Below, one piece after another: positions 25,886 through 35,006 of a stretch of DNA of 64,000 nucleotides. The notes beneath the pieces are model-generated. The model was not told where the DNA came from, searched no databases, and worked only from the letters and a program-made list of their open reading frames with translations. Position 1 is the first letter of the stretch; every line of letters begins with the position of its first letter. The translations under genes were made by a program, and so were the position numbers. The stretch is from Alphaproteobacteria bacterium. GTDB taxonomy: Bacteria > Pseudomonadota > Alphaproteobacteria > Micavibrionales > UBA2020. The stretch covers positions 1,485,536 to 1,549,535 of the forward strand of contig OZ257145.1 of assembly GCA_965279315.1 (NCBI GenBank), in the 5' to 3' direction.

Positions 25886-27037
25886 ATGAAATTCGAAGAC
25901 ACCAGCCTGTTGCGCCACCCGACCGTCGAGAAGGCGTATAACGTCATGCGCACGTTTTTCTCGGATGGCGACGACTGGGCGCGCGAAGCGGTGCGGGCGG
26001 GCGAGATTATTACCGCGAATGCCAAGAACCCCGACCCCGATGCGATTGCGGCGAGCGTGCTGATGAACGGCATGGTTATCCCTTATGAAGCCGAACAGTT
26101 CGAACAATCGGTTTCCCCCCGCGCGGCGGATTATCTGAAAAAATTCTACGCCCTCGACCTCGAAAACCCGACCTTCTCGACCGCGGGCGAACAGCAGGTG
26201 TTGCTGGCGACCTCCGTGATCGGGCTTGAAGCTATTCAGGCGAAAATCGCCGCCGGTGACGTCGCGCATATCATCGAATACCGCAATGTCAGCCGCGTGA
26301 TCGACATGAACGAACGCAGCCTCGCCGAAATCGCGCGCGACGGCACGACGGAACCGGAAATGCTGCAGGCCGCGCAAACCGCGCTTGTCGGCGCGCAAAC
26401 CGCGCTCGCCAATGTGGTGGCGCAGCGGGTCGATGAATTGAAATTCGAAAACACCGGCCTGCCGGATCATCCCGTTATCCGCACCGTGTACGAAGAAATG
26501 AAGACATGGGCATTCGATGGCGACGCGCTGGGCGGTTATGCCCAGACCAATGCCGCGATTGCGAAAGTGGTGGCAGACAGCGTCTCCAGCGACCCCGAAG
26601 TGATTGCGGCGGCGCTGCTGAACCAGTACAGCACCCTGCGCCCCGGCCACAAAAAGCCCGAAGATTTCGGCGCGCGCATCGGCGAGCTGTGGACGCAGAC
26701 CTCCGCCTGGGCGCGCATGGGCGGCGATGAAACGGCCAACCAGCCGAAAACGCCCGAAGCGCTGGCGATCCGTCAGGCGGTGCGTCTCTACTTCCTCGAA
26801 GAACAGGTCGCATGGCTGAATTCCGCGAAGGGCATGGAGCGCGACGCGCGGATCGAAACGCTGGAGCGCCTCGAAGACAGCCGCGACATCGTGGCGGAAG
26901 CCGCAGCGACGCAGGACAACCCCGTTTTCAAGGCGCGCCTTGATAAGGCGGTTGCGGGCGCAGACGCGCTGATCCACAAGCCCGAAAACGTGAAAATCCG
27001 CAAGCCCGGCAGCCCCAAGGTCGATCCGGGTTGGTAA
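25886..27037 (+). CDS. Hypothetical protein with an internal two-fold repeat (383 aa)
   Basis: From MKFEDTSLLRHPTVEKAY. Residues ~12-62 and ~198-250 align (HP.V...Y..M.T...DGD....DP..IAA..L.N). No family recognised. Confidence 0.5.
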   Translation: MKFEDTSLLRHPTVEKAYNVMRTFFSDGDDWAREAVRAGEIITANAKNPDPDAIAASVLMNGMVIPYEAEQFEQSVSPRAADYLKKFYALDLENPTFSTAGEQQVLLATSVIGLEAIQAKIAAGDVAHIIEYRNVSRVIDMNERSLAEIARDGTTEPEMLQAAQTALVGAQTALANVVAQRVDELKFENTGLPDHPVIRTVYEEMKTWAFDGDALGGYAQTNAAIAKVVADSVSSDPEVIAAALLNQYSTLRPGHKKPEDFGARIGELWTQTSAWARMGGDETANQPKTPEALAIRQAVRLYFLEEQVAWLNSAKGMERDARIETLERLEDSRDIVAEAAATQDNPVFKARLDKAVAGADALIHKPENVKIRKPGSPKVDPGW

Positions 27038-27079
27038 AAATAACGAAATAATGTAGTATCCGTCTCACGAGGTTTTGAC

Positions 27080-27301
27080 ATGAAATTCGCACTCGCACTT
27101 CTTGCCGCCGTCCTCCTGTTCGCAACGCCTGCTTTGGCAGACCGTGGCGATGCCGACAACGCGCCGAAAATCCTGATCGCGAAAACCACCTCCGAACAGC
27201 GCGCCGTCGCCGAAATCATCTCCGGCCGCCTGCGCTCGGCGCTGGAAAGCGAGCCCTATACGCTTGATGCCGACGGCCGCGACGCTTCCACCCGCCGTTA
27301 A
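27080..27301 (+). CDS. Small secreted hypothetical protein (73 aa)
   Basis: Signal-peptide-like MKFALALLAAVLLFATPALA|DRG. No family recognised. Confidence 0.45.
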   Translation: MKFALALLAAVLLFATPALADRGDADNAPKILIAKTTSEQRAVAEIISGRLRSALESEPYTLDADGRDASTRR

Positions 27302-27312
27302 TCCCTAGAACT

Positions 27313-27432
27313 GTCATCCCAGCATCATGCTTTGCATGTAAAACATGCGTGCTGGGATCTCCCGCGCGGAAAGCGCGGATTTATAAAAGCAGGCCTTGCG
27401 GCCTGCGAGATGCCAGCCTTCGCTGGCATGAC
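27313..27432. repeat. Nested-hairpin palindromic element, copy 2 (composite variant)
   Basis: Termini GTCATCCCAGC (27313-27323) / GCTGGCATGAC (27422-27432), 10 of 11 complementary. Four internal hairpins: CCCAGCA..TGCTGGG, CCGCGC-GGAAA-GCGCGG, GCAGGCC-TTGC-GGCCTGC, ATGCCAGC-CTTC-GCTGGCAT. Confidence 0.7.
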
Positions 27433-27525
27433 GGCATTTTATGCAAAATAACCTTGATTATAATAGACCAAATTCGCCTATTCAGGCATTTTACAGCCTG
27501 CAGTTTTGAATCCTTTGAGGACACC

Positions 27526-30393
27526 ATGACCATCGACTACGGCAACACCATTCACCTTCCGAAAACCGACTTCCCGCGCCGCGCAGGATTGGCGCAGCTG
27601 GAGCCGAAAATCCAGAAGCGCTGGGCGGATATGGACCTCTATAAAATGCAGCGCGACGCGTCGAAAGACCGCGAGAAATTCATCCTGCATTTCGGCCCTC
27701 CCTTCGCCAACGGGCATATCCATCTTGGCCACCTGCTGTCGAAAACGCTGAAGGATTTCGTCACGCGCAGCCAGCAGGCGACCGGCAAGAACGCGCTGCT
27801 CGTCCCCGGCTGGGATTGCCACGGCCTGCCCATCGAATGGAAGATCGAGGAAAAATACCGCGCCGAGGGCAAGAAGAAAAACGACACCGACGCCGTCGCC
27901 TTCCGCGCCGAATGCCGCGCCTTCGCGCAAGGCTGGGTCGATGTACAGAACAGCGAATTCCAGCGCGTCGGCGTGATGGGCGACTGGAAAAATTATTACA
28001 GCACCATGCACCCGACCTCGGAAGCGACGATTGCGCAGGAGATTCATAAATTCCTGCTGAACGGCGGCCTCTATCGCGGCTCGAAACCCGTCATGTGGTC
28101 GATCCCCGAACAAACCGCGCTGGCCGAAGCGGAAGTGGAATATAAAGACGTTACTTCGGACACCGCATGGGTGAAATTCCCCGTCGCCAAGAAAGGCGCG
28201 AAATTTCCGGTGTCGTTTGACGGCGCATCCGTCGTCATCTGGACGACGACCCCATGGACGCTGCCCGGTAACCGCGCCGTCGCCTATGGCAAGGATATCG
28301 ATTACGTCGTCGTGACCGTTTCATCGGTCGGCGAAGAAGCACTGGTAAAAGCGGGCGACAAGCTGATCGTGGCATCGGCGCTGCTGGAGGCCTTCGTGAA
28401 AAGCGCGAAGATCACGGGCAGCACGCAATCGGAAGCCGTGAAGGGCGAAGCGTTCGATGGCACAATCTGCCATCACCCGCTGCACGGCAAGGGCTATGAA
28501 TTCGACGTGCCGATGCTGGAGGGTGATTTCGTCACGACCGATGCGGGTACGGGTTTCGTGCATATCGCGCCGGGCCATGGCGAGGACGATTACCGTCTCG
28601 GCCTGAAAAACCATATCGAAGTGCCGCATACCGTGAAGGGCGACGGTACCTATTTCGAAGACGTGCCGCTGTTCGCGGGCATCCCCGTTTACATGCCCGA
28701 CGGCAAAAAAGGCTGGGCAAATAAAACCGTGCTGAAAGAAATCACCGAGGCCGGCAACCTTGTCGCGAAAGCGCAGATCCAGCACAGCTATCCGCATTCT
28801 TGGCGCTCGAAAGCGCCCGTCATCTTCCGCAACACGCCGCAATGGTTTATCTCGATGGAGAAAAACGACCTGCGTGCAAAGGCGTTGTCGGAAATCAAGA
28901 AAACCCGCTGGGTGCCAGCGAGAGGCGAAAACCGCATCGCGGCAATGGTGGAGCAGCGCGGCGACTGGTGCGTGTCACGCCAGCGCGCCTGGGGCGTTCC
29001 CATCGCCATTTTCGTGAACAAGGCGACCGGCGAAGCGTTGAAGGACGAAAAAGTCCTGAAAAACATTATCGATATCTTCAATAAAGAAGGCTCGGATGCG
29101 TGGTTTGCGCGCCCCGCTTCCGATTTCCTCGGCAGCGGTTACAACGCCGATGACTACGAGCAGGTGAAAGACATCATCGACGTCTGGTTTGAATCGGGCT
29201 CCACGCAGGGCTTCGTGCTGGAAAACCGCCCCGACCTGCACCGCCCCGCCGATCTGTATCTCGAGGGATCGGACCAGCATCGCGGCTGGTTCCAGTCATC
29301 GCTGCTGGTCGGTTGCGGCACGCGCGGCGATGCGCCGTTCAAGGCCGTGCTGACGCACGGGTTTATCCTGGACGAAAAAGGCTACAAGATGTCCAAGAGC
29401 ACGGGCAACGTGACCTCCCCCAACGCGCTGATGGAAAAATACGGCGCGGATGTGATGCGCCTGTGGGTTGCGGGATCGGATTACACGGAAGACATCAAGT
29501 TCGGCGAAAACATCCTCTCCGGCCATGTCGATATCTATCGCCGCGTGCGCAACACGTTCTGCTACCTGCTGGGTTCGGTCACAGGGTTCAAACCCGCCGA
29601 CCGCCTGTCGTATGACAAACTTGGCGATTTCGACAAGTGGGTGCTGCACCGCCTGTACGAGATCGACCAGACCGTGCGCCAATGCGTGAATGATTTCGAT
29701 TTCCTGAAACTGACGACTGTCGTGCACAATTTCTGCGCGCGCGACCTGTCGGCGTTCTATTTCGACGTCTGCAAAGATACGCTTTATTGCGAAGCGGTCG
29801 GCAGCGACAAGCGCAAGGCCGTGCTGACGGTGCTCGACCATGTGTTCAACCACCTTGTGCATTGGCTGTCGCCGGTGCTGGTCTATACAACCGAAGAAGC
29901 ATGGCTGTCGTATAAAGGCCTCGGGTTTGACGATGCCAAGGAAAGCATCCACCTGTCCGTGATGCCTGTTGCGCCAAAAGAATGGCTGAACGCCGACCTT
30001 GCCGCCAAATGGGACAAGATCGCCGCCGTGCGCGGTGTCGTCACGGGTGCGCTGGAAATCAAGCGTGCGGAAAAACAGATCGGCGCATCGCTCGAGGCTT
30101 CGCCGCAGGTTTATGTGGCGGATACGGCGCTTGCGGGCGTGCTCAAAAGCATCGCTTTCTCCGATGTCTGCATCACTTCCGGCATCGATGTGCAGCAGGG
30201 CAATGCGCCCGATGGCGCGTTCCTGCTGGCGGGGGTCGACGGAGTCGGCGTTGTGTTCAAGAAGGCCGAGGGCGCGAAATGCGAACGTTGCTGGAAATAC
30301 ACCGGCGATGTGGGCAGCAACGCGCACCACGCGGGCATCTGCGCACGCTGCGCGGAAGTCGTTGAACGCGAACATAAATCCGCCGCTGCATAA
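27526..30393 (+). CDS. ileS: Isoleucine--tRNA ligase
   Basis: 955 aa from MTIDYGNTIHLPKTDFP. HIGH-type PFANGHIHLGH, KMSKS (YKMSKSTGN), C-terminal Zn knuckles CERCWKY..CARC. The upstream 59 codons of the track ORF cover the palindromic element. Confidence 0.95.
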   Translation: MTIDYGNTIHLPKTDFPRRAGLAQLEPKIQKRWADMDLYKMQRDASKDREKFILHFGPPFANGHIHLGHLLSKTLKDFVTRSQQATGKNALLVPGWDCHGLPIEWKIEEKYRAEGKKKNDTDAVAFRAECRAFAQGWVDVQNSEFQRVGVMGDWKNYYSTMHPTSEATIAQEIHKFLLNGGLYRGSKPVMWSIPEQTALAEAEVEYKDVTSDTAWVKFPVAKKGAKFPVSFDGASVVIWTTTPWTLPGNRAVAYGKDIDYVVVTVSSVGEEALVKAGDKLIVASALLEAFVKSAKITGSTQSEAVKGEAFDGTICHHPLHGKGYEFDVPMLEGDFVTTDAGTGFVHIAPGHGEDDYRLGLKNHIEVPHTVKGDGTYFEDVPLFAGIPVYMPDGKKGWANKTVLKEITEAGNLVAKAQIQHSYPHSWRSKAPVIFRNTPQWFISMEKNDLRAKALSEIKKTRWVPARGENRIAAMVEQRGDWCVSRQRAWGVPIAIFVNKATGEALKDEKVLKNIIDIFNKEGSDAWFARPASDFLGSGYNADDYEQVKDIIDVWFESGSTQGFVLENRPDLHRPADLYLEGSDQHRGWFQSSLLVGCGTRGDAPFKAVLTHGFILDEKGYKMSKSTGNVTSPNALMEKYGADVMRLWVAGSDYTEDIKFGENILSGHVDIYRRVRNTFCYLLGSVTGFKPADRLSYDKLGDFDKWVLHRLYEIDQTVRQCVNDFDFLKLTTVVHNFCARDLSAFYFDVCKDTLYCEAVGSDKRKAVLTVLDHVFNHLVHWLSPVLVYTTEEAWLSYKGLGFDDAKESIHLSVMPVAPKEWLNADLAAKWDKIAAVRGVVTGALEIKRAEKQIGASLEASPQVYVADTALAGVLKSIAFSDVCITSGIDVQQGNAPDGAFLLAGVDGVGVVFKKAEGAKCERCWKYTGDVGSNAHHAGICARCAEVVEREHKSAAA

Positions 30394-30481
30394 GGATTTT
30401 GTTTGGCAGGGGTGGCGAAATAACCGGCACGGCTTATATAGCCTGCCAGCATAACCGTTTTGATATGAAAGAAGATAAAAA

Positions 30482-31048
30482 ATGACCGGAACCGCAACCG
30501 CACAGGTCCTGCCGCAAGTGAACAACATTGAATCGCTGAAAGAAGCGCTGCCCGATTTCGCGAAAGACATCCGCCTGAACCTGTCGGGCGTGATCAAGGC
30601 GGATGATGTGTCCGGCGGGTTAAACCTCAACCATGTCATGGGCGTGGCGCTGGCATCGGCCTATGCGACCCGCAACCGCACGGTGATTGCGGCGCTGGAG
30701 GGGGAAACCGCCTCCATCCTGTCGCCTGAAGAAATCAATGCGGCGAAGGCCGCCGCTACCGTGATGGCAATGAGCAATATTTATTACCGCTCCACCTACA
30801 TGGTCGGCGATGACGAGATCGGCAAATTGCCAGCGGGTTTGCGCATGAACGTGATCGGCAACCCGGGCGTCGATAAAGTGACGTTCGAGCTTTATTCGCT
30901 CGGCGTGTCCGCCATCAACGGCTGCTCCGCCTGCCTTGCCGCCCATGCCAAAGGCGCGCAGGCGCATGACGTGACGAAGGTCGGCGTGCAGCATACGCTG
31001 CGTATCGCCGCCGTGTTGTTCGCGGCAGCCCAAGCGGTTTCGATTTAA
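30482..31048 (+). CDS. AhpD-family alkylhydroperoxidase / carboxymuconolactone decarboxylase-family protein
   Basis: 188 aa. AhpD-like CxxC-H motif INGCSACLAAH. Confidence 0.8.
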   Translation: MTGTATAQVLPQVNNIESLKEALPDFAKDIRLNLSGVIKADDVSGGLNLNHVMGVALASAYATRNRTVIAALEGETASILSPEEINAAKAAATVMAMSNIYYRSTYMVGDDEIGKLPAGLRMNVIGNPGVDKVTFELYSLGVSAINGCSACLAAHAKGAQAHDVTKVGVQHTLRIAAVLFAAAQAVSI

Positions 31049-31069
31049 TTTTCAACAGGAGTTATTTTC

Positions 31070-31516
31070 ATGAGCAAGAAAAGCGCGAAAGTGATCGAGG
31101 CCCTCGAAAAACTGCTGGCAGACAGCTACACGCTGCAGCTGAAAACGCAGAACTATCACTGGAACGTGACGGGCCCCAGCTTCAATTCGCTGCACCTGCT
31201 GTTTGAAGCGCAATATACCGACCTCGCCGCCGCCGTTGATACGATTGCGGAGCGCATCCGCGCGCTGGGCGGCAAGGCACCCGGCAGCTTCAAGGCGTTT
31301 GCGAAACTCGCCAGCATCAAGGAAGAAACGGAATCGCCCAAGGCGACCGAGATGGTGAAAAACCTTGCGAAGGATCAGGAAACCATCGTGGCATCGGCAG
31401 AAAAAGTGCTGAAGGCCGCCGAAGAAATCGGCGACGAGCCGACGGTCGACCTCGCCATCGGTCGCCAGCAATTGCACCAGAAAAACGCCTGGATGCTCCA
31501 CGCGCATCTGGAATAA
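31070..31516 (+). CDS. dps: Dps-family DNA-protection/ferritin-like protein
   Basis: 148 aa. LLADSYTLQLKTQNYHWNVTGPSFNSLHLLFEAQY, typical of Dps. Confidence 0.9.
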   Translation: MSKKSAKVIEALEKLLADSYTLQLKTQNYHWNVTGPSFNSLHLLFEAQYTDLAAAVDTIAERIRALGGKAPGSFKAFAKLASIKEETESPKATEMVKNLAKDQETIVASAEKVLKAAEEIGDEPTVDLAIGRQQLHQKNAWMLHAHLE

Positions 31517-31519
31517 GCG

Positions 31520-31957
31520 ATGCCGGGTTTCATGCTGACATGGAATCCCGCGATCGGCGACCAGGGCGATAACTGGTCTGACAAGGATTTGGTCACGAAA
31601 TTAATCTCTCCCTTCCGCCGGAAGGGGGAGATTTTTTTGAACTGGCGCACCGCCGCCCCGCGCAAGATGCAGGTGGGCGACCAGGTGTTTTTGCTGAAAC
31701 AGGGCCCGCGCCCAAAGGGCATTTTCGGCATCGGCGTTGTCGTCAAACAGGCCGAACGCGAACCGGACGATCCCGCGCGTTTCCGTGTGCGCGTGCAAAT
31801 CACAAAACTGGTCAATCCCGTGAAGGGTGAATTCCTCGCGGGTGAAATGGCGCTGACGGATTTGATCGGCAAGCTGCTGGTGGGGGCGCGTTTCAGCGGC
31901 CGGTCTATTCCCGAAGACCGGCTGAAACGCCTCAATAAATATCTCGCTAAAGGCTGA
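31520..31957 (+). CDS. Hypothetical protein, possibly a PUA-like (EVE/ASCH-type) fold
   Basis: 145 aa. FMLTWNP...W...W......GDQVFLLKQGPRPKGIFGIGVV pattern. Contains a terminator-like palindrome at codons ~28-40 (see findings), so the 5' boundary is uncertain (alternative ATG 31667). Confidence 0.4.
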   Translation: MPGFMLTWNPAIGDQGDNWSDKDLVTKLISPFRRKGEIFLNWRTAAPRKMQVGDQVFLLKQGPRPKGIFGIGVVVKQAEREPDDPARFRVRVQITKLVNPVKGEFLAGEMALTDLIGKLLVGARFSGRSIPEDRLKRLNKYLAKG

Positions 31958-32642
31958 AGCTGTCGCCGTGCTTGTGGCGCGTCACTACGCCGTCTTTCAA
32001 TACCGTCACGCGGCCGCTGCCGATCACTTCGAAAGTATTCTTTTTAACGATAACGCCGGTGTCTTCGTCCAATCCGATGCCTGTCTTGCGGCTGTCGGCG
32101 GCGGCCGCGCCGAACAAACGCTTCAGCCTGTGGCGCTGGTTGAAATGCGTGTCGAACACGACGTCGGGCGTGAAGCTTAACCCTTCGCCAAGGCCGAGGC
32201 CGCCGGGTTTCAACGCGTTGCGCGGCTCGCCGCCCGTGATCATCAATTGCGACATGGCGGCGGCACCCGCGCTGGTGCCGGCAACAACTGCGCCTTCCGC
32301 TTCGCGCGCGGCAAGGGTGGCGAGGAATGTCGTGCCGCCGAAGGCTGCCGACAGTTTTTCCTGATCGCCGCCGGAAAAGAAAACGACATCGTAATGTTGA
32401 AGCGACGCGACGCTGGCGGGCGCATCGGCATCTGCCTTTGTTGTGATGTGGCGCGTGTCGGGCGTAACGTTGAGGCGCGCGAAAGCGTTGCGATATTTTT
32501 CGGCCACTTCCTCGGGATATCCGGTTGCGGTCGTGATGACCAGCACGCGTGGCTGCTCCGCGCCTGCCTCTGCCAGCACGCGCTTCAGTACGGTCATGTC
32601 GCCCGTCTTGTCCTCTGCGCCGCCGATGGCAATGATCGTCAT
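31947..32642 (-). CDS. Cyanophycinase-like peptidase (S51 family)
   Basis: 231 aa. MTIIAIGGAED.., FFSGGDQ, GTSAGAA nucleophile context, and a His in FDTHF that may be catalytic. Confidence 0.7.
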   Translation of the reverse strand: MTIIAIGGAEDKTGDMTVLKRVLAEAGAEQPRVLVITTATGYPEEVAEKYRNAFARLNVTPDTRHITTKADADAPASVASLQHYDVVFFSGGDQEKLSAAFGGTTFLATLAAREAEGAVVAGTSAGAAAMSQLMITGGEPRNALKPGGLGLGEGLSFTPDVVFDTHFNQRHRLKRLFGAAAADSRKTGIGLDEDTGVIVKKNTFEVIGSGRVTVLKDGVVTRHKHGDSFSL

Positions 32643-32693
32643 TCAATTTCTCCGGAAGGGTAAATTTTATGGCAATAGCTCGGAATTGTCAAA

Positions 32694-33587
32694 CTAGCCT
32701 GAAAAGGCTGCGAAATATTGCACCAGATGGTCGATGAATTTGCGGGTGCGGGCGCTCAAATGACGCTGCGGCACATAGACGGCCTGGATCAGCATGGGTT
32801 CTTCCTCGTATTCCTCCAGCAATATTTCCAGCTCGCCGCTGTTCACATGGTTGCCGACGATGAAACTGGGCAGCACCGTGATGCCGCAATCGCGCAAGGC
32901 GGCATCGAGCAGCAGCGTACCGTTGTCGCTCGAAAAACGCCCCGCCACCGGCTGCAGGTGTTTGCGCCCGTTGATGCGGTAACCCCAGGCCTTGCCGTCA
33001 TTCACGCCGCTATAGACCATGCAATTGTGACGCGCGAGGTCTTGCGGTTTTTCCGGCCGCCCGTGTTTATCCAGATATGAGGGGCTGGCAACCGTCACGC
33101 GCCTGCTTTCCGCCAGTTTGCGCGCCACCAACGAAGTATTGGCGATATCGCCGATACGGATCGCAAGGTCGAAATCTTCCTGCGTCAGCTCCGCCGCGCG
33201 GTCGCCAAGGTAAAGCCGCACGCCGACATCAGGATATTTATCCAAGAATGACGCGATAGCGGGGCCGAGGAATTTGGTGCCAAAAGTCACAGGCGCGCTT
33301 AACCGGATATCGCCCACGGGGTTTTCATTTTGATAGCGCAGGTTCTCTTCGACTTCGGCAAGTTCATGGATGATGCGCCGCGCATGGTCGAAATACTGGT
33401 ATCCCGCATCCGTCAGCGCCACATGCCGTGTGGTGCGTTGCAGCAGGCGCGTGCCCAGATAACCTTCGAGGTCTTTCACGCGCTTGCTGACCACCGAATT
33501 GGCGATGTTCAGCCGCCGCGCCGTTTCGGCGAAGCTGTTGGTCTCGGCGACCGTCACGAAAGCGAGGATATTGGCCAGTCTGTCCAT
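32694..33587 (-). CDS. LysR-family transcriptional regulator
   Basis: 297 aa. N-terminal wHTH FVTVAETNSFAETARRLNIANSVVSKRVKDLE. Divergent from the pirin gene. Confidence 0.9.
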   Translation of the reverse strand: MDRLANILAFVTVAETNSFAETARRLNIANSVVSKRVKDLEGYLGTRLLQRTTRHVALTDAGYQYFDHARRIIHELAEVEENLRYQNENPVGDIRLSAPVTFGTKFLGPAIASFLDKYPDVGVRLYLGDRAAELTQEDFDLAIRIGDIANTSLVARKLAESRRVTVASPSYLDKHGRPEKPQDLARHNCMVYSGVNDGKAWGYRINGRKHLQPVAGRFSSDNGTLLLDAALRDCGITVLPSFIVGNHVNSGELEILLEEYEEEPMLIQAVYVPQRHLSARTRKFIDHLVQYFAAFSG

Positions 33588-33588
33588 A

Positions 33589-33605
33589 ATTCATATTAAT
33601 CGAAT
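33589..33605. promoter_or_regulatory. LysR-type T-N11-A dyad candidate (ATTC-N9-GAAT)
   Basis: ATTCATATTAATCGAAT directly abuts the LysR start codon in the LysR/pirin divergent intergenic region. Confidence 0.35.
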
Positions 33606-33688
33606 AAATGGAAATATAAATGATAAATTACGCGTATTCCGCTTTTTTAACGAAAAGATATATTGGTAGATAGAAAGGTTGGTGTAAC

Positions 33689-34393
33689 ATGATGAACATC
33701 ACAAAATCAAATGACCGTGGAGAAACAGGCACTTACTGGCTGCAAAGCTTTCACAGCTTCTCCTTCGGTGAATATTATGACCCCCGCAACATGGGTTTCG
33801 GGCCTTTGCGCGTCATCAACGAAGACGTAGTCCGCGCGGGCACGGGTTTCGATACCCATCCGCACGCGAATATGGAGATCATGACCTATGTGCTGGAAGG
33901 ATCCTTGGAGCATAAGGACAGCCTCGGCAATGGCGATATCATCCGCCCCGGCGATGTGCAGCTGATGAGCGCAGGGAAAGGGATCCTCCACAGCGAGAAA
34001 AACCCGTCCGAGTCCGAAGACGTGCATCTGCTGCAAATCTGGATCATGCCCAATGTTGCGGGCACGGCACCGGGCTACCAGCAAACCACGTTCAATCCGG
34101 CCGAGATGCAGAATGCACTGCGGCTTGTCGTGTCGCCCGATGGCGAAAACGGCTCGCTGGTGATCAAGCAGGATGCCAAGCTCTGGGTTGCGCGCATGGA
34201 TGCGGGCGCAAGCGTTTCTCTGGAAATGAAACCGGATCGTAAATACTGGTTCCAGATGGCGCGCGGCACGGCGGAAGTCCTGGGCAAGACGCTGGAACAA
34301 GGCGATGCGCTCGGGCTTGATAATGAACCCGGCAAGGCGGATATTAAAGCGACCGAAAAATCCGAACTGCTCGTGTTCGAACTGCCCCGTTAA
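33689..34393 (+). CDS. Pirin-family protein
   Basis: 234 aa. Cupin metal site FDTHPHANMEIMTYVLEG..HKDS and LHSEKN. Confidence 0.9.
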   Translation: MMNITKSNDRGETGTYWLQSFHSFSFGEYYDPRNMGFGPLRVINEDVVRAGTGFDTHPHANMEIMTYVLEGSLEHKDSLGNGDIIRPGDVQLMSAGKGILHSEKNPSESEDVHLLQIWIMPNVAGTAPGYQQTTFNPAEMQNALRLVVSPDGENGSLVIKQDAKLWVARMDAGASVSLEMKPDRKYWFQMARGTAEVLGKTLEQGDALGLDNEPGKADIKATEKSELLVFELPR

Positions 34394-34410
34394 CAAAGGA
34401 AACAAAAACA

Positions 34411-34995
34411 ATGGCCACAAAAACAAAACTCCTCGTTTTCGCCGGTGCGACGCGCGAAGGTTCCTTCAACAAGAAACTCGCGCGCCTCGCCGCGAAAGCG
34501 GCCGGGGAAGCGGGCGCGGAAGTGACGCTGGTTGATCTCAAAGATTACCCGATGCCGCTTTATGACGGCGACGATGAATCCGCATCCGGCCTGCCGGAGA
34601 AGGCACTGGCGTTCAAGAAGCTGGTGAAGGAATCGGACGGTTTCATCATCGCGTCGCCCGAATACAACAGCGGTTATTCCGGCGTGCTGAAAAACACGAT
34701 TGACTGGGCCAGCCGCCCGTCGGAGGCAGGCGAAGGTTCCGCCGCCGCATTCGCAGGCAAATATGCGGGCATCATGGCGGCATCGCCGGGCGCACTGGGC
34801 GGCTTGCGCGGGCTGTATGCGTTGCGCGAACTGCTGATGAATATCAGCGTCACCGTGCTGCCGCGTATGCAGGCGGTGGGCGGCGCGGGTGCGGCGTTCA
34901 ATGACGACGGCACGCTGAAAGATGAAAAATTCAGCAAAGGCGTCGCGGGCGTCGCGCAAGACCTCGTGAAACTGCTGCAAAAAACGAAAGCGTAA
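34411..34995 (+). CDS. NAD(P)H-dependent FMN reductase-family oxidoreductase
   Basis: 194 aa. LLVFAGATREGSFNKKLA and ASPEYNSGYSGVLKNTIDW motifs. Confidence 0.85.
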   Translation: MATKTKLLVFAGATREGSFNKKLARLAAKAAGEAGAEVTLVDLKDYPMPLYDGDDESASGLPEKALAFKKLVKESDGFIIASPEYNSGYSGVLKNTIDWASRPSEAGEGSAAAFAGKYAGIMAASPGALGGLRGLYALRELLMNISVTVLPRMQAVGGAGAAFNDDGTLKDEKFSKGVAGVAQDLVKLLQKTKA

Positions 34996-35006
34996 GCGGG
35001 GATAAC

